Shown: positions 50,260 through 62,205 of the stretch, piece by piece
Position numbering within the stretch: position 1 is the first letter of the stretch
How the letters are laid out: each line of letters opens with the position of its first letter
Assembly (NCBI GenBank): GCA_973895155.1
Contig: OZ316893.1
Span: 20,402,857-20,466,856, forward strand
Direction of reading: 5' to 3'
From: Marsupella aquatica
Lineage: Eukaryota; Plantae; Marchantiophyta
DNA length: 64,000 bases
Notes under the pieces: generated by a model
What the model saw: the letters and a program-made list of their open reading frames with translations, nothing else
The model's database searches: none
What the model was told of the DNA's origin: nothing
Position numbers and translations under genes: made by a program

Positions 50260-52595
50260 CATTGCATGTCACAAGTTCTTGTCACGTCGATGGCTTGAAA
50301 AGCCCCAAGTCGGGAGTTAGTCCGCGTCACTAATTGAGGGAAAATTCCAGCGGTGGAAAATAAATATACCTATGTCAAATTATGCGAGTGTTATACCAGT
50401 AAGTATAGCGGCTTAGCCCGACTTAGGGCTATTGAAGGTCACTACACACCTCCTTGCCCAAACCCTCACCCCTACTGGTGGTCGAGGTCGCACCACGACG
50501 CTAACCCGGATTTAAGACCCAGGGTAGGGGTGCGACAACTTACTTAGGAAGTCATATCGCCATTATCCTCGCCTAGTACAAGGCACGGCGGGAGGCCAGA
50601 GGAAAGAATATGGCCACCTCAGCCCCGGCTAATGTCACCCCCGCCCCGGAGGGGGCAACCCCGAGCACGCGGACTACCGTCCCTCGGGCAAACCCCGAGC
50701 CGGAAGCCCCGACTAATACTCCGCCACCTCCTCCTGTGGAAATTCCGCCGCCCCCTTCCGTTGAGCCTCCACTACCCGCAGTACAACCACCCCCAATCCC
50801 TCCACCACCTGAAGATATCTTCCCCTCCCCAGCGCTGACTACAGAGGAGATTGTTGCTCCACCCGAGGAGCCACAGGTACCCGAGAGGATGGAGGACTAC
50901 CAAGTAGCCCAGGGGACCATGGCCTATGACCTGGTCCAGAAGTTTAGCCAGACTATGTCTGGGGAGCTGGCAACATACATCGGACAACAAGTCGCGGCGT
51001 ACTTTCAACCAGCCTTCTTCATGTTAGAGCACCAACCACGGATCGTAAGCCGCTTGGAAGAAGAACTCATGGCGAAGGGGAATGAGATCGGGCGCCTCCA
51101 GATGCTGGTAGAGCACCTCGAGGAGGAGGCAACAACCCGCCATGAGGAGTTAGTCCGAACTGTCGAATAGAGGGACGGACTAACCCAGGAGTTAAGCGGA
51201 GCGCAGGCCGAACTCAAGAAGCTGGACGACACCGTGCTTCAATTACGCTCAGAATCTTTGGCTCGGGTTACCAGCCTGACCGACCTCAACAAGCAACTTC
51301 TGCAGGCAGCACAGCAGGTGGCTAGTCTCTCCGCCGAACGAGATAAATTGCTAGCGCAGGACTAGATCCATCGGGACTCCATCGACCAGCTCAATCTAGA
51401 GGTAGCGCGGCTCCGGACTAAGGCCGATGAAGCTGCAAATGAGGCGGAGGAGGCGGTACGGGACAACAAGGCCTTGCAGGACCGCATTACCCTGCTCGTC
51501 CTCCAACGGGGAAAACCTGGGTCCACCTCTAATCAAGGTGGCTCGAGGTCTCGTCCCGACAAGGGGACCAGCCCTGGTCCAACCACTGCACACACGTAAG
51601 GGGTAGTTAGCGAAGGGTGGAAGCAGGCGCCGCGCGAGGCAGTTAAGTCAGCGACATCTTTTGGTTAGGCGTAACGACAGAATGACTGTCATTAGGTGCC
51701 GATTAGCGGCAGTAAGAAGAATTAGGGCCGGATCAGTTAGGATTAGCCAACGTAGGATGGAGTCCATCAACGGACTAGAATTTGTCAGTAGGATTGGCCG
51801 CTGCCATCCCGGTCAGCACCTTGTCGTCGTCAACCAGTCAGTGCGGCGCGGCCAGTAGTCAGTAGGTAGTTAGTCAGTAGGTAGTATCCCGGAAGGTAGT
51901 ATCCTCCGGTTCTCCTCCACGATTGTAGTATTTAGGCTTCCCCTTCCGCTATGGAAAGGGGGAGAAGGCTTAGTTATCTCAGCAGAAGAAAGGTGAGGCA
52001 CGGGGAGTCCCGGCCTGAGTAGGGTCAAAGCGCACCAAGGAGTGAGAGCCAGAGTCAAGCTTGCTGGGCAAGTGCGAGGCAGGGCCTCATAGAGATTGGG
52101 CATCGACTGCCGTTGGGCCCGCTGACCCCCTTTGAAGTTGAGTCAACTATGTAAACTGATGCTTCGCTGAGTAAATGTAGTCTTTTCCCCCTAATGTCTC
52201 CGCAAGTAACTGGTGTTGTGTGTATACTTTGTCTGGGTAAAGGCGCCATTTTAAGGGACGTACCGGGTGCGGACTAATGGTAGGGATTGCCACTCATTGT
52301 ATGTCACAGGGTCCTGTCGTGTCGATGGCTTGAAAGGCCCCAAGCCTGGAGTTAGTCCGAGCCACTAACTGAGAGAATATTCCAGCGGTGGAAAACAAAT
52401 ATACCTATGACTAGTACGAATTATGCAGGTGTTATACCAGTAAGTAGATCGACTTAGCCTGACTTAGGGCTAATAGAGGTCACTACACACCTCCTTGCCC
52501 GAACCCTCACCCTTACTGGTGGTCGAGATCGCACCATGACACTAAACTGGATTTAAGGCCCAGGTTAGCGGCGCGATATACGGCGACCGGTTTTT

Positions 52596-52612
52596 TGGCG
52601 CTAGATGGAGGG
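52596..52612 (+). promoter_or_regulatory. Primer-binding site, tRNA-Asn-like (Gypsy-A)
   Basis: TGGCGCTAGATGGAGGG, 17 nt after the LTR end at 52578. Confidence 0.7.
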
Positions 52613-52692
52613 GGCACTCATTTTGCCTTACGAGTGGAGCCGTGTAGTGAGCTAGTAACTTTTGATTTTGTACTCGACGTGTAGGAAGGGGC

Positions 52693-55600
52693 ATGCCCCT
52701 TACCCGGTCACGTTCTGCGTATTTACAACAACCGGACGGAGCATCAAGGTTGGAAGAGAATACCGCATCCGGCGAAGCGGGGAGCTCAGCTTCCCAAGCA
52801 GGATCGCGTGTTGTGATGGGTACCCAAGCACCAATGGCAGGAGGAACTCCACCGGGTCCAACAGCCCCGCAGGTACCAGGTGCGTTGCGGCCCCCTGCGG
52901 CTCAGAACGTGTCTCAGCGATCCCGGTTTCACTATCGACCCTTTAAGGGACGACCCACGGACGACCCTAATGAATGGATAGCTGAGTTCGAGGCCACGGC
53001 CAAGGCGAATGGTGAGGAAGCCATTAAGCTAACCATCCTTCCAGGCGTGCTACGAGGAGAAGCGCGCCCGTGGTATAACTTACAACCCCCTGGTTTCACA
53101 TGGGGCCAGTTCCAAACGGCGTTCTTACAAGAGTTTTGGCCCGTCGGGATCGAATCTCGGGCCCTGTCAAAAATCGGACGAATGCAAATGGGTAAGCATG
53201 ACTCACTTTGCAAATTTCTGTAGCGATTCCAGAAGGTTGCCGCCAAGATTCGACCTAAGCCGGATGACTCTCTACTGAGGAAATGGTTCGTCAACGCGCT
53301 ACCCCAGAGGATGGCGTTCTCAATGCTAGAAAAGAAGACCACCACTCTACAGCAAGCAATTGATAGTGCCGAATCCTTCAAGGAATCGCACTACGCCTCT
53401 TAGCTTAATAGGAGGACCAAGCATAAAAAGAGCAGGAGGTATCATACCTTCAGCGACTCTGACTCTGAGTACGATGAGAAAAAAAGGAAGAAGAAACGAC
53501 GACATAAGAAGAAGGGTCGGACCAGCTCTTCGTCAGACTCTGATTCAGAGTCTAGTGATTCCCTGTCTACTAGCCCGACGTCAATTGGCTCATCCTCCAG
53601 CGAGACCGAGTCAGAGTCTCAAAACCACCGAAGAAAGAAGGGATCACGGTCAGATACGGGTAAACATAAACCGCGAGCCAAAGTCGTCACCGCGGACCCA
53701 AAGGCTGCTGAGGTAGAAAAGCTGAACGAAATCACAGACCGGCTGAAGGCACTATCGGTGCACTTAGCGGAAAAACCTCCTGACAGGAAGAAACCACCGG
53801 AAATCCGAGCGCATGCTTGGTGCTCCAAGTGTTATCAGTCGGGACATGTGGTGCAAGAATGTCCAAGATAGAACACTCATGTGCACCAGATAGAGTTGGA
53901 GCCCGGACAGTCCGAGCTAGAGGAATGCACAATGGAGTACTTCTTCGAGGATCCAGGTGAGGCGGTGTTCCAGATGAGTATGACGGGACCTCGCACCCTA
54001 AGCGGCCACAATCCAGGGTTCCATACCCCTTATCCATACCCGGTGAATGGGCGTGGCCCCTAGATGGTCAGCAATCCAAGTATCCCACCTAAACCCGGAG
54101 TTTGGAGGACCCCGGTTTGCTATAATTGCGAGAAACCTGGTCACTTTGCCCGAGAGTGCACGGAGCAACGGAAGCAAGGGGATGAGAGAGCGCTTCCATT
54201 GTGCCAAGTCTGTCGAACCAAAGCACATTCCACGTCAAACTGCCCCTTGGTGCTAGCCGCGAAGGTCGGTGCCGTCAGAGCTGCTCAACCTGCGGCCCCA
54301 CCAATTACGGATGCAGTAGTACAAATGGTAACAATGGAATGGCAGGACGACTCCACCGAGTGGATCGACCTCATAGAAGCAGTTGAGCAAACGGGAACAC
54401 ACGCGGACGATGAGTGCTACCGCGTTTCTACTCGATCATCCCGCAAGAAGGACAAGTACAAAGAATGAGTTCGGAAGGATGCCCAGCAGAAAGAGGCGGT
54501 CCCGGATAAGAATGTTCCAATGGAACCAGACGAGATAGAAGACTACCAACGGGATAACCCAAAGTTATTCTACCCGCGAGTAGAGGAACTGGTCAAAAAG
54601 CAATTGGAAGCCTACGAGGCCCAAGAGCACGAAAAAGCCATTAAGAAGGATATTGCCGATGCGAAGGCGGCCGAAGAAGCCGAGGAAGCTGAGACTGCCT
54701 TGCAAGCTGAAGTCAAGGGAGCAGAAGCCTTAAAATCTGCAACCCCACCGTCTAACCAATACGACATCAAAAAGGATGTTCAGAACTGTGCAACTACAGC
54801 CACTGTTGGACAACTATTACAGGATAACCCGAAGTATCAGCAACAACTCAAGGAGATGCTGATAGGAAAGAGGAGGCGACGGCTACCTCGGGTAAGCACC
54901 TTAGCCGACTGTATGATGATTTACCAGGACTTAGGAGCGCCGGAAGTCTCTATCGAGATAGCGGGCTGTACTGTTCGGTTTGTACCGGTAGACGACGGGT
55001 CTGGTGTAAACATCATGACGGAGGACACTTCCGTAAGGTTGGGATATACGTCTTATCAACCCACGGTGCGCGCCATTCGGTTAGCAAACGGCGCCAGGAT
55101 CATGCCACTGGGAACGTTAACCAAGATATCCACGTGGATTGGAGGCCTCGAGTTTTTCCTAAATTTCCTGGTGATGCGACCAGTCCGACCCTCTTCTTAT
55201 CCAGTACTGTTGGGCAGACCCTGGTTATACAGGGTGCGAGTCGTGACTGACTGGGGAAGGAAGGAATTATGATTCGGTGACCCGACTACGACGGTGTCAT
55301 GGAAGGAAGAAGACTACCAGGGTGAAACGCCCCAGGGACCCAAAGAATATGACTCGGAGGAGGACATCTCAGAAGAAGAGGTGAATATGGTGGAGTTAAT
55401 CTCTCGCCTGGATGAAGAGGAAGTCTTCGGGGTAAGTGCCATCCGAGAAGCCCATATTCTGAACCAGCCCAGGCCAACGGCCCAAATCGAAACACCCGGG
55501 AGACCAGAAGGAGATGATGCGGCAACGGGCGGGGCATTCCCCGGAGTAGTGAGCCCTACGAAGGCAGTTGGCCGGCTTGCCTTGCCCGGTTTACCCGACA

Positions 55601-57563
55601 AAAACGCTACTCAGACCACTCCTCCCGCAAAGAAAAAGATTACCTGGAGCCCCAAGATTCCATCCGTAATAGAGGAACCCGAGGAGCTCCCAAGGGAGCA
55701 ACCGACAATCTGGGAACCCGTGGCCTACGATGGCACCAGACTAGAGGAATTGGAGGCTCGTCTTGACCGGGCCACCAAAGACCATGTGGATGTGATCCGC
55801 AAGGAACACTATAGCAAATACACCACAAAGAGGGAAAGAACATTCAACGTCGGTTATGGCCTACGAGCGCCAGAGGAAAAGGCCATCCAAGAACTCCTAT
55901 CGGAATATGAGGACGTCTTCGCATGGAGTCACCAAGACTTAACCGGGATTTCACCGGCCTACGGCGAACACGTCATTGATCTAAACTTGGGTGCTCATGC
56001 CGTCCGAGAAAGACAACAAAGACTAAACCCAAGACATTCCATCTTGGTAAAGGAGTTAGATCAACTGATCGTGGGAGACATAATCTACCCCGTCTTATCT
56101 AGTGAATGGGTATCCCCCATTGTGGTGGTTCCTAAGAAGGTCGGGCCTGATGGAAAACCCAAAATTTGAATATGCCAAGACTATCGGAAGCTCAACGACG
56201 CTACTCGGAAGGACCATTACCCGCTTCCTTACACGGATATGGTCCTTGACATGGTAGCCCAGAATGAGGTGTACACGTTCCTAGATGGATATTCGGGTTA
56301 TAACCAGATTTGGATCAGACTATCGGACCAGCTCAAAACCACGTTCATAACTGAGTGGGGAACCTACGCGTTCCGGCGGATGCCCTTTGGCTTATGCAAT
56401 GCTCCGGCTATGTTCCAGCGAATCATTATGAATATTTTTCATGACTTCTTACGAGAATTTTTGGAGGTGTTCATAGATGATTTCGCCATCTTCGGAACAA
56501 TCACCCAACACCCGGAACACCTGAGGCGGACTTTGGAGCGATGCCAAGAAGTAGGGTTGAAATTACACCCGGACAAATGCTTCTTCGGGGTAACAAAAGG
56601 AGTGCTACTAGGACACCAAGTGTCCAAACGGGGGATCGAGGTGGACCAAGAGAAGGTTGCCGCGTGGATGAATGTCCCTTACCCAGCGGACTAGAAGGCG
56701 GTGCAATCCTTCTTAGGCTGCGTAGGGTACTACCGACGATTCATTCAGGATTTCGCTAAGATAGCCCTACCCCTCACAGAAATGATGAAGCAAGACGCGG
56801 TCATAGAAATGATTCCCCGTCGAAAATCAGCCTTTGACGAACTAAAAAAACAGCTAACGATGGCTCCGATTCTGACTACCCCCGATTGGAACAAAGAGTT
56901 CCATGTATATGTCGACGTGTCTGGGTTCTGCATCGGCTCAGTCCTAAGCCAACTGGACGACAAAAAACGTGACCACCCCAATTACTTTGCGAGCCGACAA
57001 CTGTTTGCCGCAGAGAAAAACTATTCGCCCACAGATCGGGAGGCCTTGGGGATCATCTACTCGTGCAAAAAGTTTTGCTATTATCTATTGGGGTATAAGG
57101 TGGTATTCCATACTGATCATGACAGCCTGAAGTACATGGTAAACAAAGCAGACTTAACGAGGAGAATAGCCCGTTGGGTCCTGCTGCTCCAAGAATTTAA
57201 CTATGTAGCAGGGTGCGATCAGGGAAAGCTCACGTAAATGCGGACTTCTTCTCGAGGATCGAAGGGGAATCAGACGACGCACCTGTCGATGACGCATTCC
57301 CTGATGAAGAGTTATTCCGCGTAGAAACGGACCAACCAACGTGGTACGGGGACCTGATCACCTTCCTCTTAATGGCCCGCATTCCAAGTAACATAAACCA
57401 AGAGGCCGCGTCGGTCTTTCTGCGCAAGGCCGCACCATACATGATGATCCGCGGACATCTGCATAAGGAAGGCGTCGATGGGAAGATCCGCAGATGCCTA
57501 GATTATAACGAGACGATCATTGTCATGCGAGCTATGCACGAGGAAGAGGCAGGAGGACACTTG
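52693..57563 (+). pseudogene. pol: Gypsy-A gag-pol (gag, PR, RT, RNaseH, start of INT zinc finger)
   Basis: One frame from 52693 to ~57210 with point stops. RT DYRKLN, LDGYSGYNQI, MPFGLCNAP, FIDDF; RNaseH YVDVSG...EKNYS..DREAL...TDHDSLKY; breaks off at the INT HEEEAGGH motif. Confidence 0.92.
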
Positions 57564-58338
57564 ACCTATGACTAGTACAAATTATGCAGGTGTTATACCA
57601 GTAAGTAGATCGACTTAGCCCGACTTAGGGCTAATAGAGGTCACTACACACCTCCTTGCCCGAACCCTCACCCTTACTGGTGGTCGAGGTCGCACCATGG
57701 CACTAAACTGGATTTAAGGCCCAGGTTAGCGGCGCGACAGAATACATAATCCATATTGCCTTCACTTCATAGTTTGTGTAGCCTCCGCTACTCAAATCTG
57801 AAGATATAATCCATATTGTCTTGACTTTGCATTTTGGGTAGCGGCGGTTGTAATTCTGCGGTTCCCCTAACCGTGTTGTTTGGCCGTTTTGTTTGACAAT
57901 GCAAGGTTGGGTACAAGGTTTGACAGTCATGGTTGACCACAAAGGTTGTTGAGAACATAGTTGGTCATTGCATCAAGCAAATTAAAATTGGTTAGAGTGA
58001 TTGCTAGAAGAACAACCGACACAAAAGTGTAGCATGCAGGGGGCCTATTAGGTAAAAAAACATTTGTAGGGGCCCATCAGTAAGAAAGTTACACCAGAGG
58101 ACCCATCAAGCATATACCTTGTCATTTTCAGTGCGGAAAAAACAAAAACAATATAAGGCTTAAATACATAGTAAAGAGTAGGGCATGGGCATAGGCTTAG
58201 CCTTGACCATTTTTTTCTCATCTTGACATTTTTTTTCTCTCCTTAACATCTTTTCTTCACATTTCAAGACATTTTTTTCTTATCTCACTTTGACATTTTT
58301 TTTCACCATGATGTTAGGCATTTACTCTTGGGTCTAGG

Positions 58339-58741
58339 TGTTGAGCATAGACGACGATCGCAACGGCAAGCCCATGAACCATCCAACGCACAATAGTCGA
58401 CACAAGAGATACGTGGTTCACCTCCTTGAGGCTACGTCCACGGGAACACACAAGAGAGCTTTACTGAACTCTAAGCCCGTCGGCTATACCGAGTCTCCAC
58501 AGTGTAAGCTCTCCCTATCTCTCAAGTGGCTCCATAACAATGAGCCTTGGTTCTACCTCTCCAAGCACACATGCCTCTTATGATATAGTGTGCAACTTAG
58601 TTGTACCTAACCACATAGTTGTACCTAACCACATAGTTGTACCTAATCACGTAGTTGTACCTAACCACATAGTTGTACCAACCCACATTGTTGTACCAAC
58701 CACGTCATACCTAACCTAGACGTAAGAGTAAATACCCAACA
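58339..58741 (-). repeat. 3' LTR of Copia-2 (403 bp) with an internal 18-bp tandem repeat
   Basis: PPT (complement of ATCTTCCCCTTGA, 58742-58754) abuts it; TAGTTGTACCTAACCACA repeated ~6 times at ~58598-58703. Confidence 0.93.
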
Positions 58742-58932
58742 ATCTTCCCCTTGACTCTGGTCTAGGGGAGAGTAATACTGCCAATGTATATGATCCCTCA
58801 GCGGGAAGTTCTGGACAGAAACCAAACCGGTTTCCCTCTCTAACTAGAGCAAACCAGAACTAAGCCGTAGCCTAATACATAGGAATGAGGAAGAGCATAT
58901 ATCAGTAATTACAATGAATGTTTAAGAAAACT

Positions 58933-61900
58933 CTACTTGTGATGCAATTGCAAAACCTGCAATACGTCACGGTGTCTAGAGAAACTCTCCAAAGGAATCA
59001 CTTTGGTAAATGCGTCAGCCGGGTTGAGTTTACCATCAATCTTGACTAGCTCAAACAATTTATCAGACACAGCCTGCCTGATAAAATGGTACCTGACGTC
59101 AATGTGCTTCACTCTGCTGTCCATCACCTGGTTCACAGCAAGGTGGAGCGCACTTTGACTATCACAATGGAGCTTCACATTCCCCTGTGGCAATCCCATT
59201 TCAGTGATAAGTCTATCCAACCAAATCGCTTCCTTTGCTGCTTCCGCAGCTGCAACATACTCCGCTTCTGTAGTAGACTGAGCAATACACTTCTGCAAAG
59301 TAGACCTCCAACTTATGCATCCACCGCCAAGTGTGAACACGTATCCTGTTGTTGATCTCCTTCGGTCCAAATCTTGTCCATAGTCAGAATCTACATAGCC
59401 AATCAATGATCTAGCATTCTTTGCATTCGCATCAAATAAAAGACCATGATCCACGGTACCCTTCAAGTACCTGATAATCCACTTCACTGCTTCCCAGTGT
59501 ACCTTCCCTGGATTCGACATGTACCTGCTCACCTTGCCCATAGCCATGGCAAGATCAGGTCTAGTGCAAGTCATCAAATACATGAGACTCCCCACTGCCT
59601 TGTCATATGGAACCTTTGACATCAACCCCTTCTCTGTGTCATCCGTAGGACAGAACGCTGATGATAACTTGAAGTGTGGAGCCAACGGGGTACTTACTGG
59701 CTTGCTATTCTCCATGTTGAACCTTGCAATTACCTTCCTCGCATAACTGCTCTGCGTCAACCATAGCTTGCCAGCCTCCAAGTCCCTAGTGATCTCCATA
59801 CCCAAAATCCTCTTAGCTGGCCCTAAGTCCTTCATCTTAAACTCTGCACTAAGCAGTGCCTTGAGCTTAACAATCTCAGACCTATCCTTGGCTGCAATTA
59901 GCATGTCATCCACATAAAGTACTAAAACAATGAACCCAAAGACAACATTCTTCACCGGTTTCAAATACACACAAGGGTCAAATACACTTCTGTGAAAACC
60001 TTGTGACCGAATCCAATCGTCAAACCGCTTGTTCCACTGTCTTGGTGACTGCTTCAACCCATACAAGGATTTCAGCAATCTGCAAACCAATTCCTCCTGT
60101 CCTCTCTTCACAAAACCTAGCGGTTGTCTCATGAAGATCACCTCTTCCAATGTGCCATAGAGGAAAGCTGTGACAACATCCATCTGATCTAGGAGCAGAC
60201 CAAACATTACAACAAGTACACACAATAGTCGTATTGTAGAGTATTTAGCAACTGGTGAGAAGACCTCATTGTAATCCACACCTTTCTCTTGTGTGAATCC
60301 CTTTGCTACCAATCTAGCCTTGTAGACCTTCGATCCACCTCCTATGGAATTATCCTTCAGCTTGTAAATCCACTTGCTGTCCACCACTTGCTGACCCTTA
60401 GGCAGCTTAACAAGCTCCCAAGTTTTGTTGTCCTTTAGTGACTGCATCTCTGTTTGCATTGCTGCAGTCCACTTTTGCTTCTCCTTTGAAGCACTTGCCT
60501 CATGAAATGAAGAAGGTTCTCCTTCTTCCAAAATTAACGCATCACCCTCATCATCAGCTGTAAAATCATCCTCTTGCAGTTGAGATGAATCAACCCACTG
60601 TCCATACCTTGATGGAGCGCGTACAGTGCGACCAGATGTTCTTCTAGCCGATGACTCCGGTTGATCTGCGTGTGCTGGTACAATTTGAAGCTCAACAGCA
60701 TCCACTTGCTGCTCACCAGCATCAACAAACTCCTCTGGTTCCTCTGGCACAGGAACCAGCTCCATAATTGGAGCAACTCCTTCTCTCCGGTCATGCACCT
60801 CATAACCAATCTCCCCCTCAACGAGATCCGGGATAGGAGATTTTCTTTTGTCAGTACGGGAGACCTGAGTATTCTCCCCCTCCTTCAATAATCTGGATTC
60901 ATTGAAGGAAACATCCCTACTGACAACGAGCTTACAGGCAATAGGATCCCATAGCCTATAGGCTTTCACACCACTCTGGTACCCAAGAAAAACACATTTC
61001 CTGGAGGTAGGATCCAACTTGGTCCTATTCTGCTTTGGTGTGAGAGCATATGCATCACTTCCAAAAATTACCAAGCCATGATAGTCTGCTTGCCGCTTAT
61101 AGCGCATCTCAAACGGCGTTTTGAAATTGATAGCACTAGAAGGAGAAAGATTTACCAAATAAGCTGCGGTATTGACAGCTTCTGCCCAAAATTCTTGTGG
61201 TAAACCTGATTGGCTCAACATACTCCGTGACCGCTCCAACAGTGTCCGATTGAGCCTCTCAGCGACACCATTCTGCTGCGGAGTATAAACTGTGGTGAGA
61301 TGGCGAGTTATCCCCTGTTCTGAACAGTACTCTTCAAATTCCATTGAAGTGTACTCCCCGCCGTTGTCTGACCTCAAACTCTTCACCCTTGTATCCAAAC
61401 ACTTGATCGTGTTTCCAGTCTGATTCTCCACCTGGGCCTTCCATTTCTTAAAAATGGACAAGACATCAGACTTATGCGTCATGAAATAAATCCACACAAA
61501 TCTTGAGTAATCATCAATAAATGATACATAGTACAACTTTCCAGAGTGTGAGGGAGTCGGGGATGGACCCCACACGTCACTATGTATGTACTCAAGAACC
61601 GCTTTGGAACGATGAGTTCCAACACCAAAAGCACGACGATGCTGCTTTCCAAGAATGCAATGCTCACAAAACTCTAATTTACAAGATTGCAAATCAGAAA
61701 TGAGTCCATTCTTCCGTAAGATAGCCAAACCCTTCTCACTCATGTGGCCTAGCCGTGAATGCCACAGTTGAGTCATCTCCTCGTGAGACTTGGTTACATT
61801 GGCCTCTCCACATACAGTATTGCCCTGTAACACATACAAATTCTTTTGTCTACTCCCCTTCAAAATCACTGTCTCTCCCGACCTGACTTGAAGTTCACCA

Positions 61901-62205
61901 TCAATAACGCTCCATTGATGACCATTTGAATCCAACACACCGAGTGAAATCAGATTCTTACGCATGCCAGGTACATACCTGACTCCGGACACTGTGCGCA
62001 CAGCGCCATCAAACATTTGAATCTTCACAAACCCAATTCCCTCAATTTGACAGGAGTGATCATTTCCCATCAGAACTGAACCGTTTGAAATAGAGTAAGA
62101 ACTGAAAAACTCACGAATGTAACAAATATGAAAAGAGCAAGCACAATCAAGAATCCACACATCATCTGCTCTCCTAGATGACGTGCACAGGGCATACCCC
62201 CGGCT
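58933..62205 (-). CDS. pol: Copia-2 pol (PR, GAG-pre-INT, INT, RT, RNaseH), uninterrupted
   Basis: WILDCACSFH, LWHSRLGH, HSDVWGP, LRSDNGGEY, QQNGVAER, YKARLVAKG, LYVDDML, YVDSDY, TEAEY, KHIDVRYHF. The frame continues directly from the gag stop codon. Confidence 0.95.
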   Translation of the reverse strand, partial: SRGYALCTSSRRADDVWILDCACSFHICYIREFFSSYSISNGSVLMGNDHSCQIEGIGFVKIQMFDGAVRTVSGVRYVPGMRKNLISLGVLDSNGHQWSVIDGELQVRSGETVILKGSRQKNLYVLQGNTVCGEANVTKSHEEMTQLWHSRLGHMSEKGLAILRKNGLISDLQSCKLEFCEHCILGKQHRRAFGVGTHRSKAVLEYIHSDVWGPSPTPSHSGKLYYVSFIDDYSRFVWIYFMTHKSDVLSIFKKWKAQVENQTGNTIKCLDTRVKSLRSDNGGEYTSMEFEEYCSEQGITRHLTTVYTPQQNGVAERLNRTLLERSRSMLSQSGLPQEFWAEAVNTAAYLVNLSPSSAINFKTPFEMRYKRQADYHGLVIFGSDAYALTPKQNRTKLDPTSRKCVFLGYQSGVKAYRLWDPIACKLVVSRDVSFNESRLLKEGENTQVSRTDKRKSPIPDLVEGEIGYEVHDRREGVAPIMELVPVPEEPEEFVDAGEQQVDAVELQIVPAHADQPESSARRTSGRTVRAPSRYGQWVDSSQLQEDDFTADDEGDALILEEGEPSSFHEASASKEKQKWTAAMQTEMQSLKDNKTWELVKLPKGQQVVDSKWIYKLKDNSIGGGSKVYKARLVAKGFTQEKGVDYNEVFSPVAKYSTIRLLCVLVVMFGLLLDQMDVVTAFLYGTLEEVIFMRQPLGFVKRGQEELVCRLLKSLYGLKQSPRQWNKRFDDWIRSQGFHRSVFDPCVYLKPVKNVVFGFIVLVLYVDDMLIAAKDRSEIVKLKALLSAEFKMKDLGPAKRILGMEITRDLEAGKLWLTQSSYARKVIARFNMENSKPVSTPLAPHFKLSSAFCPTDDTEKGLMSKVPYDKAVGSLMYLMTCTRPDLAMAMGKVSRYMSNPGKVHWEAVKWIIRYLKGTVDHGLLFDANAKNARSLIGYVDSDYGQDLDRRRSTTGYVFTLGGGCISWRSTLQKCIAQSTTEAEYVAAAEAAKEAIWLDRLITEMGLPQGNVKLHCDSQSALHLAVNQVMDSRVKHIDVRYHFIRQAVSDKLFELVKIDGKLNPADAFTKVIPLESFSRHRDVLQVLQLHHK

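Larger units (their letters stand above)
43515..50537 (+). mobile_element. Gypsy-B (inner, same family): 3832-bp 5' LTR (43515-47346), gag-PR and a 278-bp 3' LTR remnant
   Basis: TGTGACAC...GTGCGACA with TSD ACTTA (43510-43514 / 50538-50542). 50260-50537 matches 47069-47346 with ~4 transitions. Confidence 0.93.
42117..51598 (+). pseudogene. LTR-encoded extra ORF of Gypsy-A, split by Gypsy-B (42117-43514 + 50543-~51598)
   Basis: Same protein as 43848-46376. Reads ...AIGGKT|YLGSHIAI across the insertion. Has its own stops (43429, ~50574, 51168), an 81-bp deletion near the start and two 1-bp indels. Confidence 0.8.
41790..57739 (+). mobile_element. Gypsy-A (outer): non-chromovirus Ty3/gypsy with a ~3.76-kb 5' LTR (41790-43514 + 50543-52578), gag-pol and a 176-bp 3' LTR remnant
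   Basis: TG...CA ends with TSD GAATA (41785-41789 / 57740-57744). 57564-57739 matches 52403-52578 with ~5 transitions. Confidence 0.92.

Noticed and set aside
41790-57739. DIRS/Ngaro (split direct repeat) or Penelope interpretation of the asymmetric repeats
   Set aside because: 5-bp TSDs, TG...CA ends, tRNA PBS, aspartic protease and the integrase HH motif indicate an integrase-using Ty3/gypsy element.
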